DNA of 63,731 nucleotides, filler included, from Octopus bimaculoides (taxonomy: Eukaryota): assembly GCF_001194135.2 (NCBI RefSeq). It is 5 parts of 5 records of this genome, joined end to end, with 100 filler letters (N's around TTAATTAATTAA, not from the genome) between each part and the next. Parts side by side here need not be neighbours in the genome. Positions count along the whole stretch, not along the records: positions 1 to 22,390 come from NC_068985.1; positions 22,491 to 36,346 come from NC_069007.1; 3 more parts are not named here. One strand, written 5' to 3'. Below are positions 11,431-23,708 of the stretch, piece by piece. Numbering within the stretch: the stretch's first letter is position 1; each line of letters begins with the position of its first letter. Below the pieces are notes generated by a model, which was not told the origin of the DNA, made no database searches, and was given only the letters and a program-made list of their open reading frames with translations. A program made the translations under genes and the position numbers.

Positions 11431-12103
11431 CCGGTAATTTGACTCCTGGTATGTTGACTCCGGTAATTTGAACCCCAGTAATTTGACTGCCAGTCAATTT
11501 CACTCCTTATTTAAAACGTTAAATAAAGATAAAATAAAATGTACAGTAAAACATAGAAATATAACTAAAAGCTTCAATAATGATGAAAGTTATGAGCTAT
11601 TGCTCGTAAAAAAATCCATCTTATTTTCGGGACGATATGGCTCAGTAATTATCTGCAGCCGTTTGTTTATATCTTTACACTTTTATTTGTCTCACAGATT
11701 TCCCCTTGATCAAATTCAACCTTTCTCATTTGTGCCAAGTGTTCTTCCCTATACGATGCAGTAATTAATTTCCATAGATTCAGAGATCTGCGAGACCAAA
11801 AAAAAAGTATAAAGATATAAACAAACGACTGCAGATAATTATTGAGCGATATAATTCCGAAAATAAGATGGAATTTTTACGAGTTGTAGCTCATAACTTT
11901 CACCATTATTGAAGCTTTTAGTAATATTTTTTATGTTTTACTGTACTTTTTATTTTGTCTCTATTCAACGTTTTATTTTATTTATCTTTTTTTTTTTTCG
12001 AATATCGGGCGAAAAATTGACTGTCTGTTAAATTACCGGAGGTCAAATTACCGGAGTCAAAATACCGGGAGTGAAATTACCAGGAGTGAAAATACCTAGA
12101 ACC
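11431..12103. mobile_element. Non-autonomous foldback-type DNA element with inverted arms built of ~15-bp tandem subunits
   Basis: Left arm 11431-11500 has repeated CCGGTAATTTGACTC-like units; right arm 12014-12103 has the reverse-complement GAGTCAAATTACCGG-like units. Confidence 0.75.
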
Positions 12104-12512
12104 TGTATAAATGTCTTTCTATTCTTGTTTGGGATTGCATCTGCACATGTTATATGTGCAAACGTTTTTGTGTATATAATTGGTTCTGCGATTCCAAATT
12201 TTTATACATCTGTATGTATCACTTAATTATACGCTACTAGCTCCAGGTTAGCTCTGGTCGAGCATACCTATGATCAAAAATGTTCCGTCTATGACTCTCT
12301 CATCATTATGAATATCAAGAAGTACATTATCCAATTCTTTCTTTTTTTTTAAGACAGTAGACTGTTTGAAGGAAATTCTGTTTCTATTTCTAACGAGTTG
12401 TGTAACCTGGTACAGGCTTCCTTGTTGTAAGTTATAACCTTGTTGTTTTTACAAAATATTCTGAAAATTCTGTTGATCCTAACACAAATGGTGAGAGTGA
12501 TTTTTTCTCCAG

Positions 12513-12589
12513 TCAAAAGCACAAGAAAATCTTTCCGTAGCGATCTCGTCTTCTTTTCTGATTTATTATATTCTGGGCAACCTAAACCG
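12513..12589 (+). CDS. Weak candidate internal exon (77 nt)
   Basis: ttttttctccag| acceptor and CCG|gtatgt donor; two open frames (SKAQENLSVAISSSFLIYYILGNLN or KSTRKSFRSDLVFFSDLLYSGQPKP). No homology recognised. Confidence 0.2.
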
Positions 12590-13594
12590 GTATGTTCATC
12601 TATTTCAAGATGTTAATGTCAACTTAGAAGAAAATTTCTCTATTCTTTGTAACGATGGAACACTTTCGTTGGTTTGCAAGTGTTATGTACCTCTGTGCAG
12701 GTTATAGATATCCAATACACTAGTCCGGTTGTCCTCAAATGTTCTGTTACAATGCGGTATTTGGGTATGGCGCGGATTTTAAAACGAAATTTACAGCTTC
12801 AGAAAACCCAGACTGCTAGAAAATATTGAAAACCATGCTATTCGTCATGTTTATAAGCATATATATATGATTAGTAAATGAAGTAAACAATAGTTTTAAA
12901 CGTTTTTAAAAGAATTTTGAACTTTAAAGTTCGAAGGGGGTTTTTTTGTATATTTTTCACGCGAAGTATTCTAGAGGAATATTTCGTTTCATCTCCAGTA
13001 CACGAAATCAAAAAGATTTAGAACCACTGCACAACACAAAACCACTCAGAAAAATTAGTTTCATCAATTTCAATTTAATATTTAACCTTTTCGCCGAACA
13101 AAAGTCTATATTCAATTGTTTAGCTAAGTACGATTGCTGTCAAAGAGAAATCAATTATTTTTCGCAAAATATATGTAGATTGTGTTGGGAGACTACAAAN
13201 NNNNNNNNNATATTAAAAAATTTGAGTTCTACACAAGCTAATCAAGTGCGAATCGATCAGTAGATCTGTTATTTGTCGATGGGGATTCTGTTGTTCTATC
13301 AATTAACTTAACTGCTCTTGAATTAACCTCTAATTGGCTGAGTATTCCACAAACACGTGTACCTATAATGTAATTCTCAGACTGAATCAGCGTGACTTTT
13401 TATATTACATATACAACCCGTCCGACGGGTTGCCGTCCACCCAATTTTACTCTTGTATGAATCTGTTCGGCACTGTAGAAAATGACATTTTCCCAAGATG
13501 CTACGCAGTCTGATCAAACCCAAGATATCGTTGAGGCGAAGCGAACTTCTTACCATTCGGCTATACTATACCTACAGGCAGTATTAAATTACAT

Positions 13595-14470
13595 GAGGTG
13601 AAAAAGGAAGAGAAAACCATACAAATCCGAGAGGCAATACAACAGAATTGATAGGACCAGCGGACGACGTGGGAAGGTGCACTCCAGAAGCAGGGTGTCA
13701 CCTGGAACGACTTGTGACATAAGCACCTCGCAGAAAAATGTTTATCTTCAGATCTGTCTATGACCACCTGCCTTTGAATACGAACCTAATGAAGTGGGAC
13801 AAATCTGATTATCCTGAATGCCCACTCTACCGGGGTAGGCAGACAATGGAACACATTCAGGGCTCCTACAAAATAGCACTAGCCCAAGGAAGATATACGT
13901 AGAGATTCAATCAAGTGCATAAGGAGATCGTACAAGTGATATGTACGGCAAGAGTAAAACCAGAATCTCCAACAACATTCAACACGGCAGGAGACAGCAG
14001 ATCATAGAAACAGCTATGTCATACGGGGCGCAGGAATTGAGTCTTTTTGGCAGTGCGGATGACTGGAAGTGCTCAGCAGACCTTCCAGGATCAACAAAAC
14101 AACTAGAAATCATCAGGAAGAGTGGCTTGAGGCCAGATATCGTACTTCATTCCATTTCATCAAAGCAACTGATTTTGATTGAACTCACCGTGCCGATTGA
14201 AAGTAGAACAGAAGAAGTACAGGTGTTCAAGACCAAAAACTATGCCTGTCTAGACAACAGCATGTAGGAAAACAACTTCCAGGTCAAGGTTCTCGCCATA
14301 GGGACTGGAGCCAGAAATCTTGTGAGAAAATCTGCTTACGATCTAATGAAATGACTCTCAGTCTCTGGGAAGAACAGGACTAAAGTCCTAGTGGCAATAT
14401 CAGAGACAGCGGAGAGTTGTTCCAGCTAGATCTGGTCGAGGAGGAACAAAAACGATATCCATATCGTTTG
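13595..14470 (+). pseudogene. 3' part of a restriction-like-endonuclease (RLE) non-LTR retrotransposon, HERO-like
   Basis: Degenerate zinc knuckle CPLYRGRQTMEHIQGSYKIALAQGRYT*RFNQV, followed by RLE motif GLRPDIVLHSISSKQLILIELTVPIESRTEE...KTKNYACL. Stops and frameshifts present. Confidence 0.85.
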
Positions 14471-15317
14471 AAGTCAGTATGTTTGTATTTTAAATCTAAA
14501 AGAAGTAACTCTGACTGAGTCACTGTGATGGTGTTGACGTTTCACCGCTACCATGACTATCAACGTTATTTTTTCTTTAAGTACAAGTTTGAAAGCTAAG
14601 TCAACGGAGAAGAGTTACAACTAGATGAAATCTGCAAGCAGTTTAAATGTACAAGTCCCCGATATTCAAATGGCTAAAAAGTGCCAACAGTAGGGTACCC
14701 AAATGTCATGACCTGAATGCGACTTGCCTCACTTAGAGAGTAAGAAGTTAATGGCCGAAGCACTTGCCTGAGACGGGTTCTCTGAAGACCATCTGCTGTT
14801 CAGCTCTCTTGAGAGTCTCTCACCACTAACATTAGAAAGATAGCTCCGATCTCTTTTGGATTTAGCTCGTAAGCAAACGCCTTTCATTTTGATGATAGTG
14901 AGTATTTTCTTCCAGTGGCGTAATGTTGTAATATATGCATGTGTATTTAATTTAATTGATACTGGATTGCAAATTTGTAATACGTGAAGAATGGAGCAAC
15001 ATAAACACTATAATGCTGGTTCCTAATTCCTCATGTTGTGTGTAATGTATTTTTCTTGTAAACAAGAAACATGGAAAAACCACATTATTCAACTAGTTAC
15101 AAATGCAAGAGACTCGTCACTTCATCATTTTGTCCGTGTCCGTTTGACTCTACAACAAATGGACAGACAAGAAAGTGAAAGCAGTTTAATATAGTGCCAA
15201 TGCACTATATTGTTACGATTACTTATAGATAGTTTCTTCACTTTTAAGAAACAATATATATAAATATAAATATTTATGTGTGTGTTTATATATATATATA
15301 AAGTATATATTTGTATG

Positions 15318-15356
<39 letters not shown>

Positions 15357-15783
15357 NNNNNNNNNNNNNNNNNNNNNNNNNNNNNNNNNNNNNNNNNNNN
15401 NNNNNNNNNNNNNNNNNNNNNNNNNNNNNNNNNNNNNNNNNNNNNNNNNNNNNNNNNNNNNNNNNNNNNNNNNNNNNNNNNNNNNNNNNNNNNNNNNNNN
15501 NNNNNNNNNNNNNNNNNNNNNNNNNNNNNNNNNNNNNNNNNNNNNNNNNNNNNNNNNNNNNNNNNNNNNNNNNNNNNNNNNNNNNNNNNNNNNNNNNNNN
15601 NNNNNNNNNNNNNNNNNNNNNNNNNNNNNNNNNNNNNNNNNNNNNNNNNNNNNNNNNNNNNNNNNNNNNNNNNNNNNNNNNNNNNNNNNNNNNNNNNNNN
15701 NNNNNNNNNNNNNNNNNNNNNNNNNNNNNNNNNNNNNNNNNNNNNNNNNNNNNNNNNNNNNNNNNNNNNNNNNNNNNNNNNNN

Positions 15784-15847
<64 letters not shown>

Positions 15848-16903
15848 CATATACATATACATATGTATCAAAATATACATACATTTATGGTGCTCTAACT
15901 ACCTATGGAGATCCATTCTCTACTTAGACGATTATGATCTCCACATGCAGATGGTGAACACACGCACGTGTACTATCAAACCTCGGCAGATACCAACATG
16001 AATACATGCATACAGGCACACATTTGTAAGTTATTGAACGACACTGTTTAATATATGTATTGTCGTAAGTAATATATAATGAAGATATACATGATTCTGT
16101 CATTTGCTTTCCATTTCTAACAGATGAGTTAAATCGCTTGACTGAGGTATAACGACAGTCGGATATATATCTTTTTTGATGCACTATTTCGGAGCACTTA
16201 ACTATTGAAATTATTGCTTGAAAGTTATTTTTTCACTTCTCCATCCACGAAAATGCCCAGTATGATAAGTGTCGATCAATTATAATTACTTGAAAATGAA
16301 AGACGTTTGTTTTAACAATGTTGATCGATCTAACAATGATACTAACGTTTGCTGCAATAACTTAGTACTCACATACATGAGTCTGCTAACATGTTTAATC
16401 GGTCTCTTTCAAATTATTTCCATTTTCCTCAATCAAGTGACAACCAGTCACTCAGTCACAATTCTCAGTAATTTCTATATCAAGGGTTACTTCAAGCTTA
16501 ATTTTTGCCAAGGCTTGTAATGATCTCATTTTTTATTTTGTAAAGTGTCAATGAGGTTTAAATTGTAATAATTTAATCAATCTACACCAAATTTGTGGAA
16601 ACAAACTTTTCAAGAATGATGTTAAATCAGTTTATCATGACTTAAAGGTCCAGTGAATATATAACAATAATATACTCATAATTTAGTTATATTTGTTAGA
16701 GATTTTTCACTGTGGTTCGAAGACACACTTTCATTCTTTTATTTTACTTAAATGCAACCAACGTATTATAAGCAAGTAATTGAAAAAGTAAGTAAAATGA
16801 AAATTATTTGAGAATTTATTAACCTCTTGAATAGTTCATAAGAGTTATTTTGAAGTTATACACTCAATTTGAACCACTTTACAGACCAATGTGTTGTGCT
16901 ATA

Positions 16904-17608
16904 GGGCTTTCCTATAAGTAGGTTATCTCCCTTGGCTAGGCGGCGCTCCATGTAGATAATTAAACTTCCGGAGATTACCCACGCCATTGTTATTGTTTTA
17001 CGTCTTATCATGGATATAAAGCAGCTTGATGATTCAGCTATCGAAGTACTTACTGTGCCTGAGTTAAAGAAATATTTAAGATTATATAGACAGTATGTTA
17101 CTGGAAGAAAGGCGGACTTGACTCTGTCGATGAAGAATGTCAACAAAGTAAATTCATCGGACGATAAAGTCTGAAGTATCGGACGATACTTCAGACAGGA
17201 ATAAGCAGAAGCTTATATCTCCTCTCGGTGAAGTATTGCCTGATCTAAAGATCTTTGTAAGTTGCCGAATTTCACAGATAATGACATAATTACCTCGTGC
17301 TACGGATGAAAGCAAAGCAACAGTTAAGGAGTGGCATATTTTACCACGACAGACACGTACACAGCATCGAATACCACGATGTGAGTGATAGCTGCTCTCA
17401 CTGTATTGTCCGGTGTCTGGTAATCCCTTCGATACCGACATCAAACCAAAAAAAGAATCCTGACCACAGAGTGTGGGTAATTATGTCAAAGGTCACTGGC
17501 AATGTGCATTCAGCTGATCGCAACTGTTAAAGCAAGTCACTGAGCATGCGTACATGTCATACGGGAGAGTTCCAATCAGGGGTGGATAACAACCTTATAG
17601 GAACCCCC
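16904..17608 (+). mobile_element. Internally deleted TIR DNA transposon with SAP-domain and SWIM-like coding remnants (ISL2EU/Harbinger-type accessory ORF suspected)
   Basis: TIRs GGGCTTTCCTATAAG (16904-16918) and CTTATAGGAACCCCC (17594-17608), 13/15 match, TATA on both flanks. ATG at 17010 gives MDIKQLDDSAIEVLTVPELKKYLRLYRQYVTGRKADL (SAP-like). Later frame ...PDHRVWVIMSKVTGNVHSADRNC resembles the start of a SWIM finger. Confidence 0.75.
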
Positions 17609-17753
17609 TATACTGCAGATGCTGTGTGATACATGAAATGTTCATTCAATATTAGTATATCATCATCGTCGTCGCTATCAGTCATTATTACTATTATCAT
17701 CAGTGTCAGTGTCATCATTCTCGTTGCCAATATTATTAATGCCATCATTTTAC

Positions 17754-17969
17754 GGCGACGAACTGGCAAGATCGTCAGCACGCCAGACAAGACGCTTAGC
17801 GGCATTTCGCCCGTCTTAGCTTTCTGAGATCGAATTCCGCCGAGGTCGACTTTGCTTTCTATCCTTTTGGATCGATTAAAATAAGTACAAGTTGAGCACT
17901 ATAGTCGACTAAATTGACTAGTCCCCTTGCTCGAACTTGCTGACCTTGTACCAAAATTTAAAATCAATA
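17754..17969 (+). mobile_element. SINE family B (GGCGAGCTGGCAGAA...GAGGTCGACTTTGCCTTTCATCCTTTCGGGGTCGAT)
   Basis: Homologous copies at 19803, 23709, 24537, 29490, 39745 and 63438. Confidence 0.85.
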
Positions 17970-18129
17970 TTAACGCCATCATTAACAAATACAACTAAAT
18001 GACCAATGTCCATATTTTCTTCATAAACATTGTCATCATCATTATCGCCATCTCTTATTTTCATATCCTTATTTGTAGTTTATTTACATGACAGTAAGTA
18101 TAAAAGTATGTTAAATATATATATGTATG

Positions 18130-18160
<31 letters not shown>

Positions 18161-18776
18161 NNNNNNNNNNNNNNNNNNNNNNNNNNNNNNNNNNNNNNNN
18201 NNNNNNNNNNNNNNNNNNNNNNNNNNNNNNNNNNNNNNNNNNNNNNNNNNNNNNNNNNNNNNNNNNNNNNNNNNNNNNNNNNNNNNNNNNNNNNNNNNNN
18301 NNNNNNNNNNNNNNNNNNNNNNNNNNNNNNNNNNNNNNNNNNNNNNNNNNNNNNNNNNNNNNNNNNNNNNNNNNNNNNNNNNNNNNNNNNNNNNNNNNNN
18401 NNNNNNNNNNNNNNNNNNNNNNNNNNNNNNNNNNNNNNNNNNNNNNNNNNNNNNNNNNNNNNNNNNNNNNNNNNNNNNNNNNNNNNNNNNNNNNNNNNNN
18501 NNNNNNNNNNNNNNNNNNNNNNNNNNNNNNNNNNNNNNNNNNNNNNNNNNNNNNNNNNNNNNNNNNNNNNNNNNNNNNNNNNNNNNNNNNNNNNNNNNNN
18601 NNNNNNNNNNNNNNNNNNNNNNNNNNNNNNNNNNNNNNNNNNNNNNNNNNNNNNNNNNNNNNNNNNNNNNNNNNNNNNNNNNNNNNNNNNNNNNNNNNNN
18701 NNNNNTAAATATACATACACACACATATATACATATACATACATATATACATACATGCCTGCATACATACATATAT

Positions 18777-18807
<31 letters not shown>

Positions 18808-19802
18808 TACACACATACATACTCGAATACACACTCGCATACACACTCAGGTGAGCATATGTATACACACAACCTATATATCATTGGCTTTTAGTATGCA
18901 GGTCTTGCTTTCGATTATTTCTGCTATTCATAAGTTTTTATCTTTGAGATACAATGCCATGAACAGGCATTTTTTTTTTTTGTCTTTCTGTTTATATTCC
19001 TGACATTTAATCCAATTCATTTTAGCAAAAAATCAACATGTTTCATTCATAAAATTCGATCTCCTTACTACACCTTTGAAATACGCGTTAGTTTTCAATT
19101 CCCTTGGCGCTCTTTAGAAACTATCACACTATTATAACCAGGTTACTGGCACTCCAAACGTGATGAACGTTGATGCTCTTTGTAAATGAAAGATCCGAAG
19201 CACATACATTACGCACCCTAGCATGTGACGTCCTGGGCGACTGCCCGAGTTGACGGTACCTTGTGCCAGCTCTGACTATAATCCATTTAAACACAACTAC
19301 ACTATCATAATTTTCACTATACACACCGCTGCGGACACCGTCACACAAAGACACTCTACACAGCACAACGTTTCAAACATTTTCATATAACTACTTGCAA
19401 AGTTGAGATAAAAGCTACGATCTAACTACTCCAATTACCACCACATATCTCACAATTACATCAGTACAAATACCATGTAACTACTACATCAGCTTTCATG
19501 CCACAAGGACTGTCATTAATTTATAACACTTACACCAAGTCTCATATTGTATCGCATTATTTGCCACCACAGATATCCTCGCTTCGTCTCATTCAATGTA
19601 ACTCATAATATGTACACCACTTCAATTCCCACAACTCCATTATGACTACTATGGCAATCATGTACTCCCACCATGCAACAGTCGTCATATTGCTTACAAT
19701 TTCAATTACAACGCTTCATCATTCAATTGGCCTTTCCGCCGATGACCATTCACGTCTTTTGTAGAAAATGTTGTATTCGCGATTTAATATTCCAATAAGA
19801 TA

Positions 19803-19994
19803 AGGCGTTGAGCTGGCAGAAACGTTAGCACGCCGGGTAAAATGCATAACGATATTTCGCCTGTCTTTACGTTCTGAATTCAAATTCCGCCGAGGTCGAC
19901 TTTGCCTTTCGGGGTCGATAAATCAAGTACTAGGTGCGTACTGGGATCGAACTAATTGACTTGCCCCAGCTCCTTAAAAATTTCGGGCCTTATG
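19803..19994 (+). mobile_element. SINE family B copy
   Basis: Shares head and central GAGGTCGACTTTGCC block with other B copies. Confidence 0.88.
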
Positions 19995-20392
19995 ATTCAT
20001 TTTTTTTTTAAATTTTACTATAAGAAATGGTTTGATGGCAGATTTAGCCGAAATTCGGGAATGATTAAGTTTGAGGGAGATTCGTGTAGATGAACTGATA
20101 TCATTGTATCTCCTTCATTATCTTGTATAGAAGCGTAGCAAAATCCAACCAACAATATGCATGTCCCTACCTAAGAAATCACCCCTAAACACCCCGTACA
20201 TCTATAACATCCTGAACAACATCATTTTAAGAATACTGTTCTAGAACACTAAAACCAGACAAGCGTAAAAGTTCATCCACCTAAAAATAGTATCAACAAC
20301 AGTAGTCTCAAATAGCGTGGTCATCAGCCAGGGGGAAAAACATGGTGTTACGAACGCTGGGTTTGTGAATTGTATCCTTTCGTTCTATTCAG

Positions 20393-20450
20393 AGCAGACA
20401 GAGATTACACAACAACATCAACAATCAGTGAAAAATTTGGCCAATAAACT
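20393..20450 (+). CDS. Candidate 58-nt internal exon (xQTEITQQHQQSVKNLANK, coiled-coil-like)
   Basis: Acceptor tatcctttcgttctattcag|, donor ACT|gtaaga; exactly one open frame (phase 1 in, phase 2 out). Confidence 0.35.
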
Positions 20451-21107
20451 GTAAGAAACGAAACACTGATCAATTATATGTGACATTTAAAATTGATTGA
20501 AACAGAATTGAGAGACCACTTAGGTACAATACAGTGAGTAAAATACAGTGAGTACAATACAGTTAGTACAATACAGTGAGTGACATCTAAGGTGTCACAT
20601 ATATATTTAACCAAAGCTCATCGGAGTTACTCAGCAACAACAACAAACAAGAGAAAGACTTCGCTTCTTCACTGCTGCGAAAATATCCAGTGACAACTAT
20701 GAAATAATGAAATAAATCAAAAACAAATGACGAAAACATTGAAGATTACCTGTGTAAAATAATACATTAATCTATTAGGAATGTATTGCAAATGTTCGCA
20801 CGAATGGTTGACTAGCGACTACATTGCAGAAATCCCCCCCCCCCACGAGACAAATTCAGTTGTCAACACAAAAATATATGCAGTTCGGGTAAAAACCGTA
20901 TTATTTGGTGCAAGATTAAAAGGGATATTCATACTTTGAAATTGGTGCAAAAAAAAAGTACGAAAACTGCGACGTGCAAAATTCTGCATCACCGATACCC
21001 GATGAAAATGACAATTGAATAAAAGATCAAATGTTATTTTTCAATGCCAGCAATTACATCAAAAAACATATAAATGGACAATATCGTAGAGATGCCTACA
21101 TAACTAT

Positions 21108-22112
21108 GATTTTGTTTCCTCATAACTTCCAGAAAAATGGATATTTTTCAATGAAATTTACTACAAATAAGCTTCAGATGGTGTAGATTACTATTAAATT
21201 GGAATTTGTTGCGAAATGCTTTTTTCCAAGAGTGGGGAGAGAAATTTTGAAGAATTCACATGAGTTGGCTTTGTTTCAGCATAAATTTCAGAAAAATGCG
21301 TATCTTTTATGAAATTTTCTACAAATGCTTTTCACCTGTTGTAGATTAGGATTAACATCGGATTTTAATGTGAAAAATAAAATTGTTGAGCACTTACATA
21401 TATATACTGACACACATCACAATTCTATTAGAAATTGCAGGTTTCATTTTGTAGATATATGTGATGTGATACTGTTGGCACTCCGCCTGTTACGGTAACG
21501 AAGGTTTCAGTTGCTCCGATCAACGGAACAACCTGCTCGTGAGATTAACATGCAAGTAGCTGGGCTCTCCACAGATACGTATGCTCATAAGGTAGTTCTT
21601 AAGGAGATTCAACATGACACGTGTGACAAGGCTGGCCCCTTGAAGTACAGGTACAACTCATTTTTACGGGCTGAGTGGACTGGAGGCACGTGATATAAAG
21701 AGTAGAGTCTTGCTCAAGGACACAACGCGTTGCCAAGTATCGAACTCATGAACTTATGATCGTAAGCCGAATATCCTAACCATTAACTCACATGCCTTCG
21801 TTTTGTGTGTCAGTATCTATGTGTTCGAATCCACTAATTTCTTCTTCTCTTTTTTTTCCATATTGAATTCCGATATAATCGTAATCTGCACCATCTGAAA
21901 GGTATTTATAGAGAACTTCATGAAAATATGCCAATTTTTCTAAAGGTTGTGAGGAAACATAGCCGACTCGTGTGAATTTTCCGAAACTCACCCTCGGAAA
22001 AGTTTTTTTCGCAACAAATTCCGATACAGTCGTAATCTACACCACCTAAAGCGTATTTGTAGAAAATATTCAAAAATATCCATTTTTCTGGACGTTATGA
22101 GTAAACAAAGTC
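21108..22112. mobile_element. Large foldback element: ~255-bp inverted arms, each two tandem ~125-130-bp units
   Basis: 21108-21371 is the diverged reverse complement of 21859-22112; the unit contains CAGAAAAATGGATATTTTT...GGTGTAGATTAC...GGAATTT. Confidence 0.8.
21472..21798 (-). mobile_element. tRNA-derived SINE sharing its 3' tail with the 10936 element, lying in the foldback spacer
   Basis: GTTGGCACTCCG...CCGATCAACGGAACAACCTGCTCGTGA is the reverse complement of 11285-11355; head with GAGTTCGATAC B-box-like motif on the minus strand. Confidence 0.85.
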
Positions 22113-22390
22113 GAAACGGGCACACGTGTGGGTAAGCCAACATCGTAACTGTTTAAAAGCAGACCAACAACGCCAGTGCTTCTATTTATACGCATATCAG
22201 AATCTAAGGTCCCCTTCACCTCCACCTAGACACAAAAGAAAGGCCAAAGATTGTTATCACTATAGTTACAGCAAAATACTCTTTAACTCACTATAAAAAT
22301 AGTAAATAAAGATAACATAAATTTTATTACCATTTAATAATTCTAGGATCTTTTTTAAAACGGGGGCCACATTTTTCATTAACGAAACAC

Positions 22391-22490
22391 NNNNNNNNNN
22401 NNNNNNNNNNNNNNNNNNNNNNNNNNNNNNNNNNTTAATTAATTAANNNNNNNNNNNNNNNNNNNNNNNNNNNNNNNNNNNNNNNNNNNN
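22391..22490. other. Assembly linker 44N-TTAATTAATTAA-44N
   Basis: Identical 100-bp construct at 36347-36446, 55204-55303 and 59918-60017. Confidence 0.95.
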
Positions 22491-22651
22491 TGGTGGTGGT
22501 GGTGGTGGTGGTGGGGGTATGCATGTATGTATAACTGTATGTATGTATAAATGTATGTATATATGTATCGATGTGTATGTATTTATAAGTGCATGCACGT
22601 TTGTATATATGTAGTGTAGCTATGTAAGTATGTATGGATGGATGGATGTGC

Positions 22652-22682
<31 letters not shown>

Positions 22683-23559
22683 NNNNNNNNNNNNNNNNNN
22701 NNNNNNNNNNNNNNNNNNNNNNNNNNNNNNNNNNNNNNNNNNNNNNNNNNNNNNNNNNNNNNNNNNNNNNNNNNNNNNNNNNNNNNNNNNNNNNNNNNNN
22801 NNNNNNNNNNNNNNNNNNNNNNNNNNNNNNNNNNNNNNNNNNNNNNNNNNNNNNNNNNNNNNNNNNNNNNNNNNNNNNNNNNNNNNNNNNNNNNNNNNNN
22901 NNNNNNNNNNNNNNNNNNNNNNNNNNNNNNNNNNNNNNNNNNNNNNNNNNNNNNNNNNNNNNNNNNNNNNNNNNNNNNNNNNNNNNNNNNNNNNNNNNNN
23001 NNNNNNNNNNNNNNNNNNNNNNNNNNNNNNNNNNNNNNNNNNNNNNNNNNNNNNNNNNNNNNNNNNNNNNNNNNNNNNNNNNNNNNNNNNNNNNNNNNNN
23101 NNNNNNNNNNNNNNNNNNNNNNNNNNNNNNNNNNNNNNNNNNNNNNNNNNNNNNNNNNNNNNNNNNNNNNNNNNNNNNNNNNNNNNNNNNNNNNNNNNNN
23201 NNNNNNNNNNNNNNNNNNNNNNNNNNNNNNNNNNNNNNNNNNNNNNNNNNNNNNNNNNNNNNNNNNNNNNNNNNNNNNNNNNNNNNNNNNNNNNNNNNNN
23301 NNNNNNNNNNNNNNNNNNNNNNNNNNNNNNNNNNNNNNNNNNNNNNNNNNNNNNNNNNNNNNNNNNNNNNNNNNNNNNNNNNNNNNNNNNNNNNNNNNNN
23401 NNNNNNNNNNNNNNNNNNNNNNNNNNNNNNNNNNNNNNNNNNNNNNNNNNNNNNNNNNNNNNNNNNNNNNNNNNNNNNNNNNNNNNNNNNNNNNNNNNNN
23501 NNNNNNNNNNNNNNNNNATTAAAATAAAGAAATAGATAAATTTCGGGGTCACAGTTATC

Positions 23560-23599
<40 letters not shown>

Positions 23600-23610
23600 T
23601 CAATAATGAA

Positions 23611-23667
<57 letters not shown>

Positions 23668-23708
23668 TCAATAATGAAATTATTAGGATTAGTATTGCTA
23701 TTCTCATC

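Noticed and set aside
16641-16660. TTAA-AGGTCCAGTG as a Kolobok-like left terminus for the SAP/SWIM element
   Set aside because: No matching right terminus found; the 16904/17608 TIR pair explains the element better.
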